Of a stretch of 64,000 bases of DNA, positions 44,981 to 59,900 are shown one piece after another (position 1 is the stretch's first letter; each line of letters opens with the position of its first letter). A program made the translations under genes and the position numbers. The notes under the pieces were generated by a model. That model ran no database searches and had not been told where the DNA came from. It was given only the letters and a program-made list of their open reading frames with translations. Origin of the DNA: Eledone cirrhosa (lineage: Eukaryota); assembly GCA_964016885.1 (NCBI GenBank), contig CAXHJY010001327.1:1-64000 (forward strand), given 5' to 3'.

Positions 44981-45582
44981 TCAGTGTCTCACTGAGCTGT
45001 CAATATAAACCATCAGTGTCTCACTGAGCTGTCAATATAAACCAACAGTGTCTCACTGAGCTCTCAATATAAACCAACAGTGTCTCACTGAGCTGTCAAT
45101 ATAAACCAACAGTGTCTCACTGAGCCATCAATATAAACCAACAGTGTCTCACTGAGCTGTCAATATAAACCAACAGTGTCTCACTGAGCCATCAATATAA
45201 ACCAACAGTGTCTCACTGAGCTGTCAATATAAACCATCAGTGTCTCACTGAGCCATCAATATAAACCATCAGTGTCTCACTGAGCTCTCAATATAAACCA
45301 TCAGTGTCTCACTGAGCTGTCAATATAAACCATCAGTGTCTCACTGAGCTGTCAATATATACCATCAGTGTCTCACTGAGCTGTCAATCAATATAAACCA
45401 TCAGTGTCTCACTGAGCCATCAATATAAACCATCAGTGTCTCACTGAGCCATCAATATAAACCATCAGTGTCTCACTGAGCTCTCAATATAAACCAACAG
45501 TGTCTCACTGAGCTGTCAATATAAACCAACAGTGTCTCACTGAGCCATCAATATAAACCATCAGTGTCCCACTGAGCTATCA
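44981..45582. repeat. 32-bp minisatellite, ~19 copies
   Basis: actgagctgtcaatataaaccatcagtgtctc. Confidence 0.95.
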
Positions 45583-45615
45583 TTGCAAACCTCCAGTGAA
45601 CCACTAACCCCACTT

Positions 45616-46110
45616 TCATCATCATCACCATTTTATGTCCGCTTTTCCCTGCTTGCAAGGGTCCTATTCAGCACAGTATCTCTCCACTTGTCACGGTCCC
45701 TGTTTCAGCGATCTAAGGTCTGCTCTCACCACCTCCGCCCATGTTTTACGTGGTCTTCCTCTACTGCCTCTTCCTTCTACTGGGATTTCTTAACACCTCT
45801 TTACCCAGCAGTCATCCTCCGTGTGCATCACATGTCCATACCATCTCAGCCTTCTCTCCTGCACACCACAACTTATCCCTCTTATACCCAGCTTCTTTCT
45901 CAACTCATCTATGCTTGATCGTTCACACACATTGACATTGTACATTAAACGGAGCATACTTGCTTCATTTCTCTCCAGCCGTCGCATATCCTCTGCAGTT
46001 GCTGCCCATGTCTCACTACCATGCAGCATCTCACACAGGCATCATATAACCGTCCTTTCTCAAATCGTCTATGCTTGGTCGTTCACGCACGACATTGCAC
46101 ATCCAACATA
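45616..46110 (-). mobile_element. Decayed RTE fragment (third family)
   Basis: [17 protein letters not shown] in 45790-46029; (cat)n tail at ~45616. Confidence 0.8.
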
Positions 46111-46275
46111 AAACACTTCAATGCCCCACTCAGCCATCATTGTGTCCTTCATCTCACTAATTACTATTGTTACCCTGCTCAACCACAGACTGGAAGTCAT
46201 CCAAACATGTCTGTGTGGCATTGTTAGAAAAGAGGACTAAAACCGCAGTGGTTTATGATGGATGACAGTAAAATT

Positions 46276-49200
46276 GCTGTCAGTGTCACAGTAACACTGC
46301 TGTCAGTGTCACACAGTAACACTGCTGTCAGTGTCACACAGTAACACTGCTGTCAGTGTCACACAGTAACATTGTTGCCAGTGTCACAGTAACACTGCTG
46401 TCAGTGTCACACAGTAACGCTGCTGTCAGTGTCACACAGTAACGCTGCTGTCAGTGTCACACAGTAACGCTGCTGTCAGTGTCACACAGTAACACTGCTG
46501 TCAGTGTCACATAGTAACACTGCTGTCAGTGTCACACAGTAACACTGCTGTCAGTGTCACACAGTAACACTGCTGTCAGTGTCACACAGTAACACTGCTG
46601 TCAGTGTCACACAGTAACACTGCTGTCAGTGTCACACAGTAACACTGCTGTCAGTGTCACACACTAACACTGCTGTCAGTGTCACACACTAACACTGCTG
46701 TCAGTGTCACAGTAACACTGCTGTCAGTGTCACACAGTAACACTGCTGTCAGTGTCACAGTAACATTGTTGCCAGTGTCACACAGTAACACTGCTGTCAG
46801 TGTCACACAGTAACACTGCTGTCAGTGTCACACACTAACACTGCTGTCAGTGTCACACAGTAACACTGCTGTCAGTGTCACACAGTAACACTGCTGTCAG
46901 TGTCACACAGTAACACTGCTGTCAGTGTCACAGTAACATTGTTGCCAGTGTCACAGTAACACTGCTGTCAGTGTCACACAGTAACACTGCTGTCAGTGTC
47001 ACACAGTAACACTGCTGTCAGTGTCACACAGTAACACTGCTGTCAGTGTCACACAGTAACACTGCTGTCAGTGTCACAGTAACACTGCTGTCAGTGTCAC
47101 AGTAACACTGCTGCCAGTGTCACAGTAACACTGCTGTCAGTGTCACACAGTAACACTGCTGTCAGTGTCACACAGTAACATTGCTGTCAGTGTCACACAG
47201 TAACATTGCTGTCAGTGTCACACAGTAACATTGCTGTTAGTGTCACACAGTAACACTGCTGTCAGTGTCACACAGTAACATTGTTGTTAGTGTCACACAG
47301 TAACATTGTTGTTAGTGTCACACAGTAACACTGCTGTTAGTGTCACACAGTAACACTGCTGTCAGTGTCACACAGTAACATTGCTGTCAGTGTCACACAG
47401 TAACACTGCTGTCAGTGTCACACAGTAACATTGTTAGTGTCACACAGTAACATTGTTGTTAGTGTCACACAGTAACACTGCTGTCAGTGTCACACAGTAA
47501 CATTGCTGTCAGTGTCACACAGTAACACTGCTGTCAGTGTCACACAGTAACATTGTTGTTAGTGTCACACAGTAACATTGTTGTTAGTGTCACACAGTAA
47601 CACTGCTGTCGGTGTCACACAGTAACATTGCTGTCAGTGTCACACAGTAACATTGCTGTCAGTGTCACACAGTAACATTGTTGTAGTGTCACACAGTAAC
47701 ATTGTTGTAGTGTCACACAGTAACATTGTTGTTAGTGTCACACAGTAACATTGTTGTTAGTGTCACACAGTAACATTGTTGTTAGTGTCACACAGTAACA
47801 TTGTTGTTAGTGTCACACAGTAACATTGTCAGTGTCACAGTAACACTGCTGTCAGTGTCACACAGTAACATTGTTGTCAGTGTCACAGTAACACTGCTGT
47901 CAGTGTCACACAGTAACACTGCTGTCAGTGTCACACAGTAACATTGCTGTCAGTGTCACACAGTAACATTGCTGTCAGTGTCACACAGTAACATCGCTGT
48001 CAGTGTCACACAGTAACATTGTTGTTAGTGTCACACAGTAACATTGTTGTTAGTGTCACAGTAACATTGTCATTGTCACAGTAACATTGTCATTGTCACA
48101 GTAACACTGCTGTTAGTGTCACACAGTAACATTGTTGTTAGTGTCACACAGTAACATTGCTGTCAGTGTCACACAGTAACATTGTTGTAGTGTCACACAG
48201 TAACATTGCTGTCAGTGTCACACAGTAACACTGCTGTCAGTGTCACACAGTAACATTGCTGTCAGTGTCACACAGTAACATTGTTGTTAGTGTCACACAG
48301 TAACATTGTTGTTAGTGTCACACAGTAACATTGTTGTCAGTGTCACACAGTAACATTGTTGTCAGTGTCACACAGTAACATTGTCAGTGTCACAGTAACA
48401 CTGCTGTCAGTGTCACACAGTAACATTGCTGTCAGTGTCACACAGTAACATTGCTGTCAGTGTCACACAGTAACATTGTTGTTAGTGTCACACAGTAACA
48501 TTGTTGTTAGTGTCACACAGTAACATTGTTGTTAGTGTCACAGTAACATTGTTGTCAGTGTCACACAGTAACATTGTTGTCAGTGTCACACAGTAACATT
48601 GTTGTCAGTGTCACACAGTAACACTGCTGTCAGTGTCACACAGTAACACTGCTGTCAGTGTCACACAGTAACATTGTTGTCAGTGTCACACAGTAACACT
48701 GCTGTCAGTGTCACACAGTAACATTGTTGTCAGTGTCACACAGTAACACTGCTGTCAGTGTCACACAGTAACATTGTTGTCAGTGTCACACAGTAACACT
48801 GCTGTCAGTGTCACACAGTAACACTGCTGTCAGTGTCACACAGTAACACTGCTGTCAGTGTCACACAGTAACATTGCTGTCAGTGTCACACAGTAACATT
48901 GTTGTTAGTGTCACACAGTAACATTGTCATTGTCACAGTAACACTGCTGTCAGTATCACACAGTAACACTGCTGTCAGTGTCACACAGTAACATTGCTGT
49001 CAGTGTCACACAGTAACACTGCTGTCAGTGTCACACAGTAACACTGCTGTCAGTGTCACACAGTAACACTGCTGTCAGTGTCACACAGTAACATTGCTGT
49101 CAGTGTCACACAGTAACATTGTTGTTAGTGTCACACAGTAACATTGTTGTTAGTGTCACACAGTAACATTGTTGTCAGTGTCACACAGTAACATTGTCAG

Positions 49201-49565
49201 TGTCACACAGTAACATTGTTGTCAGTGTCACACAGTAACATTGTTGTCAGTGTCACACAGTAACACTGCTGTCAGTGTCACACAGTAACATTGTTGTCAG
49301 TGTCACACAGTAACACTGCTGTCAGTGTCACACAGTAACATTGTTGTCAGTGTCACACAGTAACACTGCTGTCAGTGTCACACAGTAACATTGTTGTCAG
49401 TGTCACACAGTAACACTGCTGTCAGTGTCACACAGTAACACTGCTGTCAGTGTCACACAGTAACACTGCTGTCAGTGTCACACAGTAACATTGTTGTTAG
49501 TGTCACACAGTAACACTGCTGTCAGTGTTACACAGTAACACTGCTGTCAGTGTCACACAGTAACA
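46276..49565. repeat. 25-bp satellite (shorter 20-24 bp variants), ~130 copies
   Basis: cagtaacactgctgtcagtgtcaca. Confidence 0.97.
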
Positions 49566-49971
49566 TGTGGCAGTCAATCGGTCATCCCACAAGAGTGACA
49601 ATCCTTAGTCAGTCATCCTACAAACTTAAGTCCTCATCATGCTACAACCAGGCTCCTGGTAACCCTTCTCTATGGACCACAACACAACATCTGCAGCTGG
49701 TGTACAAACCTACCAATTCACTCACAGAAACCCACTATCTACATCACCAGCTTTACATCAATTGTTTCATGCTGGCACGAGTTGGACAAATCTTTTTGAG
49801 ACAGAATTCTACAGCCAGATGGCCACCCTGGCACCTTGGTTACATTTGATGAGGTGTAGACGGACTTTTGCATATCTAACCACTGCCCTATGAGACTTCC
49901 TTTTATGAGGGTTACAGCCAAGTATTCCCATGTGTGATATCAAATGTAATACAAAGTGAAATGATATATAG

Positions 49972-50015
<44 letters not shown>

Positions 50016-50620
50016 AAAGAGAACCAAATTATTTTGCAGAGGAGAAAGAGAAAATGTAGAAAACAAAAAACAATAAACAAATATGAATAACCCTTAACTG
50101 CCCCCACCCCACCCCCAATCTTTAGGGAACAAAAAGATCACCCAATTAAAAAAAGCAGTAGACAACAAAATTAAGAGTACAGATACAAAAATGATTTTAT
50201 GGCTGACAGAGAACACAATAACAGGTTGAATGAAATGTGTCAAGATATAATTATGAAAAGAGTATTAGAGACTTTCATACATGACAAGCTTATTTACAGT
50301 TCCTGTAAATACAATTTCACTGACAAAACATTAGTCAGCCTCAAACTATCAGAGAAGACACTTGCCCAAGGTGTCTCACTATGAGATTGAGTCCAAAACC
50401 ATGCGGTTGCAAAACAAAATTCTCAGTCATGTCTGCATCTATGAAATATTAATAAAGGAGGAAGGAAAAGAAGTTGCTATGTTGGGCTCCTTCCATGTTG
50501 AGAACCCCAATGAGAAGAAAGGCCAGCAACAATGGATGAACAACATCAAAAACTTAGGTTTAACCAACAGTTGTCATTTTTTATTTCAACAATTCATAGT
50601 AATATTGAAAAATAAATTAC

Positions 50621-50827
50621 TTTGATTAACATCCTTTAACCAGGCTTTTGCTGAGGGAGCACTTTCACTAGACACAGATGAATTAGTTGACGCCACCGTT
50701 GGGCTATTTTCTGGTTTTGTCACCACAGTTTGAGATGCGCCAGGTTTCCCTACTTTTGTCACATTCTCTTTACAGCCAGATACAAGGACTCCTCTTCCTC
50801 TACCAAGTGGAGATGTTGGTTTCATAC
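50621..50827 (-). CDS. Candidate 207-nt symmetric phase-1 host-gene exon (MKPTSPLGRGRG..AWLKDVNQ)
   Basis: ctgcctttcag acceptor, caaa|gtaatt donor, open frame, non-repetitive, more GC-rich than its flanks. Confidence 0.62.
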
Positions 50828-50944
50828 CTGAAAGGCAGTGTTTTAAGAACAGTTTATATTAACATACATAGGTATTTTAATTATTATTATCAATGTTAAT
50901 AATTGCACGGAGGATGGTGAATTGATGAATAGGCAGAGTATTGA

Positions 50945-53900
50945 ATAAAATACCAATATAATACTGTGGAACTTTGGTTAACCTAACTTAATAAAATACT
51001 ATTATAATACTGTGGAACTTTGGTTAACCTAACTTAATAAAATACTATTATAATACTGTGGAACTTTGGTTAACCTAACTTAATAAAATACCAATATAAT
51101 ACTGTGGAACTTTGGTTAACCTAACTTAATAAAATACTATTATAATACTGTGGAACTTTGGTTAACCTAACTTAATAAAATACTATTATAATACTGTGGA
51201 ACTTTGGTTAACCTAACTTAATAAAATACTATTATAATACTGTGGAACTTTGGTTAACCTAACTTAATAAAATACTATTATAATACTGTGGAACTTTGGT
51301 TAACCCAACTTAATAAAATACTATTATAATACTGTGGAACTTTGGTTAATCTAACTTAATAAAATACTATTATAATACTGTGGAACTTTGGTTAACCTAA
51401 CTTAATAAAATACTATTATAATTCTGTGGAACTTTGGTTAACCTAACTTAATAAAATACCATTATAATACTGTGGAACTTTGGTTAATCTAACTTAATAA
51501 AATACCATTATAATACTGTGGAACTTTGGTTAATCTAACTTAATAAAATACCATTATAATACTGTGAAACTTTGGTTAACTTAACTTAATAAAATACTAT
51601 TATAATACTGTGGAACTTTGGTTAACATAACTTAATAAAATACCAATATAATACTGTGGAACCCTGGTTAACCAAACTTAATAAAATACCATTATAATAA
51701 TGTGGAACCACAGTATTATAATGGTATTTTATTAAGTTAGGTTAACCAAAGTTCCACAGTATTATAATTATTTCCACTTTTGTCACAAGGCCATCAATTA
51801 CTCAGTACATTACTGATAAAATAAAGTATCAGTAATGTACTGAGTATTTGATGGCCTTGTGCCAAAAGTGGAAACAATTATAATACTGTAGAACTTTGGT
51901 TAACCTAACTTAATAAAATACTATTTATAATACTGTGGGACCTTGGTTAACCAAACTTAATAAAATACTATTATAATTGTTTCTACTTTAGGCACAAGGC
52001 CAGCAAATACCCAGTGCATTACTGGTACTTTATTTTATCGACCCCATAAGGATGAAAGGCAAAGTCAACCACGGCGGGATTTAAACTCAGATCGTAAAGG
52101 GACGTAACTATGCCAGAAAGCATGGCGTCCGACACTCTACCGATACTGCCAATCCACCGCCCTAAAATACTATTATAATACTGTGGAACTTTGGTTAACC
52201 TAACTTAATAAAATACTATTATAATACTGTGGAACTTTGGTTAACCTAACTTAATAAAATACTATTATAATACTATGGAACTTTGGTTAACCAAACTTAA
52301 TAAAATTCCATTATAATACTGTGGAACTTTGGTTATACAAACTTAATAAAATACTATTATAATACTGTGGAACATTGGTTAACCTAACATAATAAAATAC
52401 TATTATAATACTGTGGAACATTGGTTAACCTAACTTAATAGATTACCATTCTAATACTGTGGAAGTTTGGTTAAACAAACTTAATAAAATACTATTTATA
52501 ATACCGTGGAAACTTTTTGGTTAACCTAACCTAATAGAATACTATTATAATACTGTGGAACTTTGGTTAACCTATTTGGTTAACTTAACTCAAAATACTA
52601 ATACAATACTGCGGAACCTTGGTTAACCTAACTTAATAAAATACTATTATAATACTGTGGAACCTTGGTTAACCTAACTTAATAAAATACTATTATAATA
52701 CTGTGGAACTTTGGTTAACCTAACGTAATTAAATACTATTTATAATACCATGGAACCTTTTTGGTTAACCTAACTTAATAAAGTACTATAATAATACTGT
52801 GGAACTTTGGTTAACCTAACTTAATAAAATACCATTATAATACTGTGGAACCTTGATTAACCTAACTTAATAGAATACCATTCTAATACTGTGGAACTTA
52901 GGTTAACCAAAAAGGTTCCACGGTATTATAAATAGTATTTTATTAAGTTTGATTAACCAAACTTAATAAAATACTATTATAATACTGTGGAACTTTAGTT
53001 AACCTACTTGGTTAACCTAACTTAATAAAATACTATTATAATAGTGGAACTTTGGTTAACCTATTTGGTTAACATAACTTAATAAAATACTATTATAATA
53101 GTGTGGAACCTTGGATAACCTAACTTAATAAAATACTATTATAATACTGTGGAACTTTGGTTAACCTCACTTAATAAAATACCAATATAATACTGTGGAA
53201 CTTTGGTTAACCTAACTTAATAAAATACCAATATAATACTGTGGAACTTTGGTTAACCTAACTTAATAAAATACTATTATAATACTGTGGAACTTTTGTT
53301 AACCTAACTTAATAAAATACTATTATAATACTGTGGAACATTGGTTAACCTAACTTAATAAAATACTATTTTAATACTGTGCAAGTTTGGTTAACCAAAC
53401 TTAATAAAATACCATTATAATACTGTGGAACCACAGTATTATAATGATATTTTATTAAGTTAAGTTAATCAAAGTTCCACAGTATTATAATTGTTTCCAC
53501 TTTTGGCACAAGGCCATCAATTACCCAGTACATTACTGATAAAATAAAGTACAAGTAATGTACTGAGTATTTGATGGCCTTGTACCAAAAGTGGAAACAA
53601 TTATAATACTGTGGAACTTTGGTTAACCTAACTTAATAAAATACTATTTATAATACTGTGGGACCTTGGTAAAGCTAACTTAATAAAATACTATTACAAT
53701 ACTGTGGAACTTTGGTTAACTTAACTTAATAAAATACTATTATAATACTGTGGAACTTTGGTTAACCTAACTTAATAAAATACTAATATAATACTGTGGA
53801 ACATTGGTTAACCTAACTTAATAAAATACCATTATAATACTGTGGAACTTTGGTTAACATAACTTAATAAAATACCAATATAATACTATGGAACCCTGGT

Positions 53901-56900
53901 TAACCAAACTTAATAAAATACCATTATAATAATGTGGAACCACAGTATTATAATGGTATTTTATTAAGTTAGGTTAACCAAAGTTCCACAGTATTATAAT
54001 TATTTCCACTTTTGTCACAAGGCCATCAATTACCCAGTACATTACTGATAAAATAAAGTATCAGTAATGTACTGAGTAATTGATGGCCTTGTGCCAAAAG
54101 TGGAAACAATTATAATACTGTGGAACTTTGGTTAACCTAACTTAATAAAATACTATTTATAATACGGTGGGACCTTGGTTAACCTAACTTAATAAAATAC
54201 CATTATAATACTGTGGAACTTTGGTTAACCTAACTTAATAAAATACCATTATAATACTGTGGAACTTTAGTTAACCTAACTTAATAAAATACCATTATAA
54301 TAGTGTGGAATCTTGGTTAACCTAACTTGATAAAATACTATTATAATACTGTGGAAGTTTGGTTTACCTAACTTAATAAAATACTATTATAATACCGTGG
54401 AAACTTTTTGGTTAACCTAACTTAATAGAATACTATTATAATACTGTGGAACTTTGGTTAACCTATTTGGTTAACATAACTCAAAATACTAATACAATAC
54501 TGCAGAACCTTGGTTAACCTAACTTAATAAAATACTATTATAATACTGTGGAAGTTTAGTTAACCAAACTTAATAAAATAGTATTATAAAACTGTGGAAC
54601 TTTGGTTAACCTCACTTAATAAAATACCATTATAATACTGTGGAACTTTAGTTAACCTAACTTAATAAAATACCATTATAATACTGTGGAACATTGGTTA
54701 ACCTAACTTAATAGATTACCATTCTAATACTGTGGAAGTTTGGTTAAACAAACTTAATAAAATATTATTTATAATACCATGGAACCTTTTTGGTTAACCT
54801 AACTTAATAGAATACTATTATAATACTGTGGAACTTTGGTTAACCTATTTGGTTAAGCTAACTTAATAAAATACTATTATAATAGTGTGGAACCTTGGTT
54901 AACCTAACTTAATAAAATACTATTATAATACTGTGGAAGTTTGGTTAACCTAACTTAATAAAATACTATTATAATACCGTGGAAACTTTTTGGTTAACCT
55001 AACTTAATAGAATACTATTATAATACTGTGGAACTTTGGTTAACCTATTTGGTTAACTTAACTCAAAATACTAATACAATACTGCGGAACCTTGGTTAAC
55101 CTAACTTAATAAAATACTATTATAATACGGTGGAACCTTGGTTAACCTAACTTAATAAAATACTATTATAATACTGTGGAACTTTGGTTAACCTAGCGTA
55201 ATTAAATACTATTTATAATAACATGGAACCTTTTTGGTTAACCTAACTTAATAAAGTACTATAATAATACTGTGGAACTTTGGTTAACCTAACTTAATAA
55301 AATACCATTATAATACTGTGGAACCTTGATTAACCTGACTTAATGGAATACCATTCTAATACTGTGGAATTTTGGTTAATCAAACTTAATAAAATACTAT
55401 TTATAATACCGTGGAACCTTTTTGGTTAACCTAACTTAATAAAATACTATTATAATACTGTGGAACTTTAGTTAACCTCCTTGGTTAACCTAACTTAATA
55501 AAATACTATTATAATAGTGGAACTTTGGTTAACCTATTTGGTTAACATAACTTAATAAAATACTATTATAATAGTGTGGAACCTTGGTTAACCTAACTTA
55601 ATAAAATACTATTATAATACTGTGGAAGTTTGGTTAACCAAACTTAATAAAATAGTATTATAATACTGTGGAACTTTGGTGAACCTATTTGGTTAACCAA
55701 ACTTAATAAAATACTATTTATAATACTGTGGAACTTTGGTTAACCTAACTTAATAAAATACTATTTATAATACTGTGGGACCTTGGTTAAGCCAACTTAA
55801 TAAAATACTATTACAATACTGTGGAACTTTGGTTAACTTAACTTAATAAAATACTATTATAATACTGTGGAACTTTGGTTAACCTAACTTAATAAAATAC
55901 TAATATAATACTGTGGAACATTGGTTAACCTAACTTAATAAAATACCATTATAATACTGTGGAACTTTGGTTAACATAACTTAATAAAATACCATTATAA
56001 TACTGTGGAACCACAGTATTATAATGATATTTTATTAAGTTAAGTTAATCAAAGTTCCACAGTATTATAATTGTTTCCACTTTTTGCACAAGGCCATCAA
56101 TTACCCAGTACATTACTGATAAAATAAAGTACAAGTAATGTACTGAGTATTTGATGGCCTTGTGCCAAAAGTGGAAACAATTATAATACTGTGGAACTTT
56201 GGTTAACCTAACTTAATAAAATACTATTTATAATACTGTGGGACCTTGGTTAAGCTAACTTAATAAAATACTATTACAATACTGTGGAACTTTGGTTAAC
56301 TTAACTTAATAAAATACTATTATAATACTGTGGAACTTTGGTTAACCTAACTTAATAAAATACTATTATAATACTGTGGAACATTGGTTAACCTAACTTA
56401 ATAAAATACCAATATAATACTGTGGAACCCTGGTTAACCTAACTTAATAAAATATGAATATAATACTGCGGAACTTTGGTTAACCTAACTTAATAAAATA
56501 CTAATATAATACTGCGGAACATTGGTTAACCTAACTTAATAAAATACGAATATAATACTGCGGAACTTTGGTTAACCTAACTTAATAAAATACTAATATA
56601 ATACTGCGGACCATTGGTTGATCTAACTTAATAAAATACTATTTATAATACTGTGGGACCTTGGTCAACCTAACTTAATAAAATACTATTATAATACTGT
56701 GTAACTTTGGTTAACCTAACTTAATAAAATACCAATATAATACTGTGCAACCTTGGTTAGCCTAACTTAATAAAATACTATTATAATACTGTGGAACTTT
56801 GGTTAACCTAACTTAATAAAATACCATTATAATACTGTGGAACTTTAGTTAACCTAACTTAATAAAATACCATTATAATACTGTGGAACATTGGTTAACC

Positions 56901-59900
56901 TAACTTAATAGATTACCATTCTAATACTGTGGAAGTTTGGTTAAACAAACTTAATAAAATACTATTTATAATACCATGGAACCTTTTTGGTTAACCTAAC
57001 TTAATAGAATACTATTATAATACTGTGGAACTTTGGTTAACCTATTTGGTTAACTTAACTCAAAATTCTAATACAATACTGCGGAACCTTGGTTAACCTA
57101 ACTTAATAAAATACTATTATAATACTGTGGAACCTTGGTTAACCTAACTTAATAAAATACTATTGTAATACTGTGGAACTTTGGTTAACTTAACGTAATA
57201 AAATACTATTTATAATACCATGGAACCTTTTTGGTTAATCTAACTTAATAAAATACTATAATAATACTGTGGAACTTTGGTTAACCTAACTTAATAAAAT
57301 ACCATTATAATACTGTGGAACCTTGATTAACCTAACTTAATAGAATACCATTCTAATACTGTGGAACTTTGGTTAATCAAATTAATAAAATACTATTTAT
57401 AATACCGTGGAACCTTTTTGGTTAACCTAACTTAATAAAATACTATTATAATACTGTGGAACTTTAGTTAACCTATTTGGTTAACCTAACTTAATAAAAT
57501 ACTATTATAATAGTGTGGAACCTTGGTTAACCTAACTTAATAAAATACTATTATAATACTGTGGAAGTTTGGTTAACCAAACTTAATAAAATAGTATTAT
57601 AATACTGTGGAACTTTGGTGAACCTATTTGGTTAACCAAACTTAATAAAATACTATTTATAATACTGTGGAACTTTGGTTAACCTCACTTAATAAAATAG
57701 CAACATAAAACTGTGGAATTTGGTTAACCTAACTTAATAAAATACCAATATAATACTGTGGAACTTTTGTTAACCTAACTTAATAAAATACTATTATAAT
57801 ACTGTGGAACTTTTGTTAACCTAACTTAATAAAATACTATTATAATACTGTGGAACTTTTGTTAACCTAACTTAATAAAATACTATTATAATACTGTGGA
57901 ACTTTTGTTAACCTAACTTAATAAAATACTATTATAATACTGTGGAAGTTTGGTTAACCAAACTTAATAAAATACCATTATAATACTGTGGAACCACAGT
58001 ATTATAATGGTATTTTATTAAGTTAGGTTAATCAAAGCTCCAGAGTATTATAATTGTTTCCACTTTTGGCACAAGGCCATCAATTACCCAGTACATTACT
58101 GATAAAATAAAGTATCAGTAATGTACTGAGTAATTGATGGCCTTGTGCCAAAAGTGGAAACAATTATAATACTGTGGAACTTTGGTTAACCTAACTTAAT
58201 AAAATACTATTTATAATACTGTGGGACCTTGGTTAACCTAACTTAATAAAATACCATTATAATACTGTGGAACTTTGGTTAACCTAACTTAATAAAATAC
58301 CATTATAATACTGTGGAACTTTAGTTAACCTAACTTAATAAAATACCATTATAATAGTGTGGAATCTTGGTTAACCTAACTTGATAAAATACTATTATAA
58401 TACTGTGGAAGTTTGGTTTACCTAACTTAATAAAATACTATTATAATACCGTGGAAACTTTTTGGTTAACCTAACTTAATAGAATACTATTATAATACTG
58501 TGGAACTTTGGTTAACCTATTTGGTTAACTTAACTCAAAATACTAATACAATACTGCAGAACCTTGGTTAACCTAACTTAATAAAATACTATTATAATAC
58601 TGTGGAAGTTTAGTTAACCAAACTTAATAAAATAGTATTATAAAACTGTGGAACTTTGGTTAACCTCACTTAATAAAATACCATTATAATACTGTGGAAC
58701 TTTAGTTAACCTAACTTAATAAAATACCATTATAATACTGTGGAACATTGGTTAACCTAACTTAATAGATTACCATTCTAATACTGTGGAAGTTTGGTTA
58801 AACAAACTTAATAAAATATTATTTATAATACCATGGAACCTTTTTGGTTAACCTAACTTAATAGAATACTATTATAATACTGTGGAACTTTGGTTAACCT
58901 ATTTGGTTAAGCTAACTTAATAAAATACTATTATAATAGTGTGGAACCTTGGTTAACCTAACTTAATAAAATACTATTATAATACTGTGGAAGTTTGGTT
59001 AACCTAACTTAATAAAATACTATTATAATACCGTGGAAACTTTTTGGTTAACCTAACTTAATAGAATACGATTATAATACTGTGGAACTTTGGTTAACCT
59101 ATTTGGTTAACTTAACTCAAAATACTAATACAATACTGCGGAACCTTGGTTAACCTAACTTAATAAAATACTATTATAATACGGTGGAACCTTGGTTAAC
59201 CTAACTTAATAAAATACTATTATAATACTGTGGAACTTTGGTTAACCTAGCGTAATTAAATACTATTTATAATAACATGGAACCTTTTTGGTTAACCTAA
59301 CTTAATAAAGTACTATAATAATACTGTGGAACTTTGGTTAACCTAACTTAATAAAATACCATTATAATACTGTGGAACCTTGATTAACCTGACTTAATGG
59401 AATACCATTCTAATACTGTGGAATTTTGGTTAATCAAACTTAATAAAATACTATTTATAATACCGTGGAACCTTTTTGGTTAACCTAACTTAATAAAATA
59501 CTATTATAATACTGTGGAACTTTAGTTAACCTCCTTGGTTAACCTAACTTAATAAAATACTATTATAATAGTGGAACTTTGGTTAACCTATTTGGTTAAC
59601 ATAACTTAATAAAATACTATTATAATAGTGTGGAACCTTGGTTAACCTAACTTAATAAAATACTATTATAATACTGTGGAAGGTTGGTTAACGAAACTTA
59701 ATAAAATAGTATTATAATACTGTGGAACTTTGGTGAACCTATTTGGTTAACCAAACTTAATAAAATACTATTTATAATACTGTGGAACTTTGGTTAACCT
59801 CACTTAATAAAATACCAATGTAATACTGTGGAACTTTGGTTAACCTAACTTAATAAAATACCAATATAATACTGTGGAACTTTGGTTAACCTAACTTAAT

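Noticed and set aside
46276-49565. RSS heptamer-like CACAGT motifs
   Set aside because: The sequence is CACAGTA, with no nonamer, no 12/23 spacing and no RAG/Transib ORF
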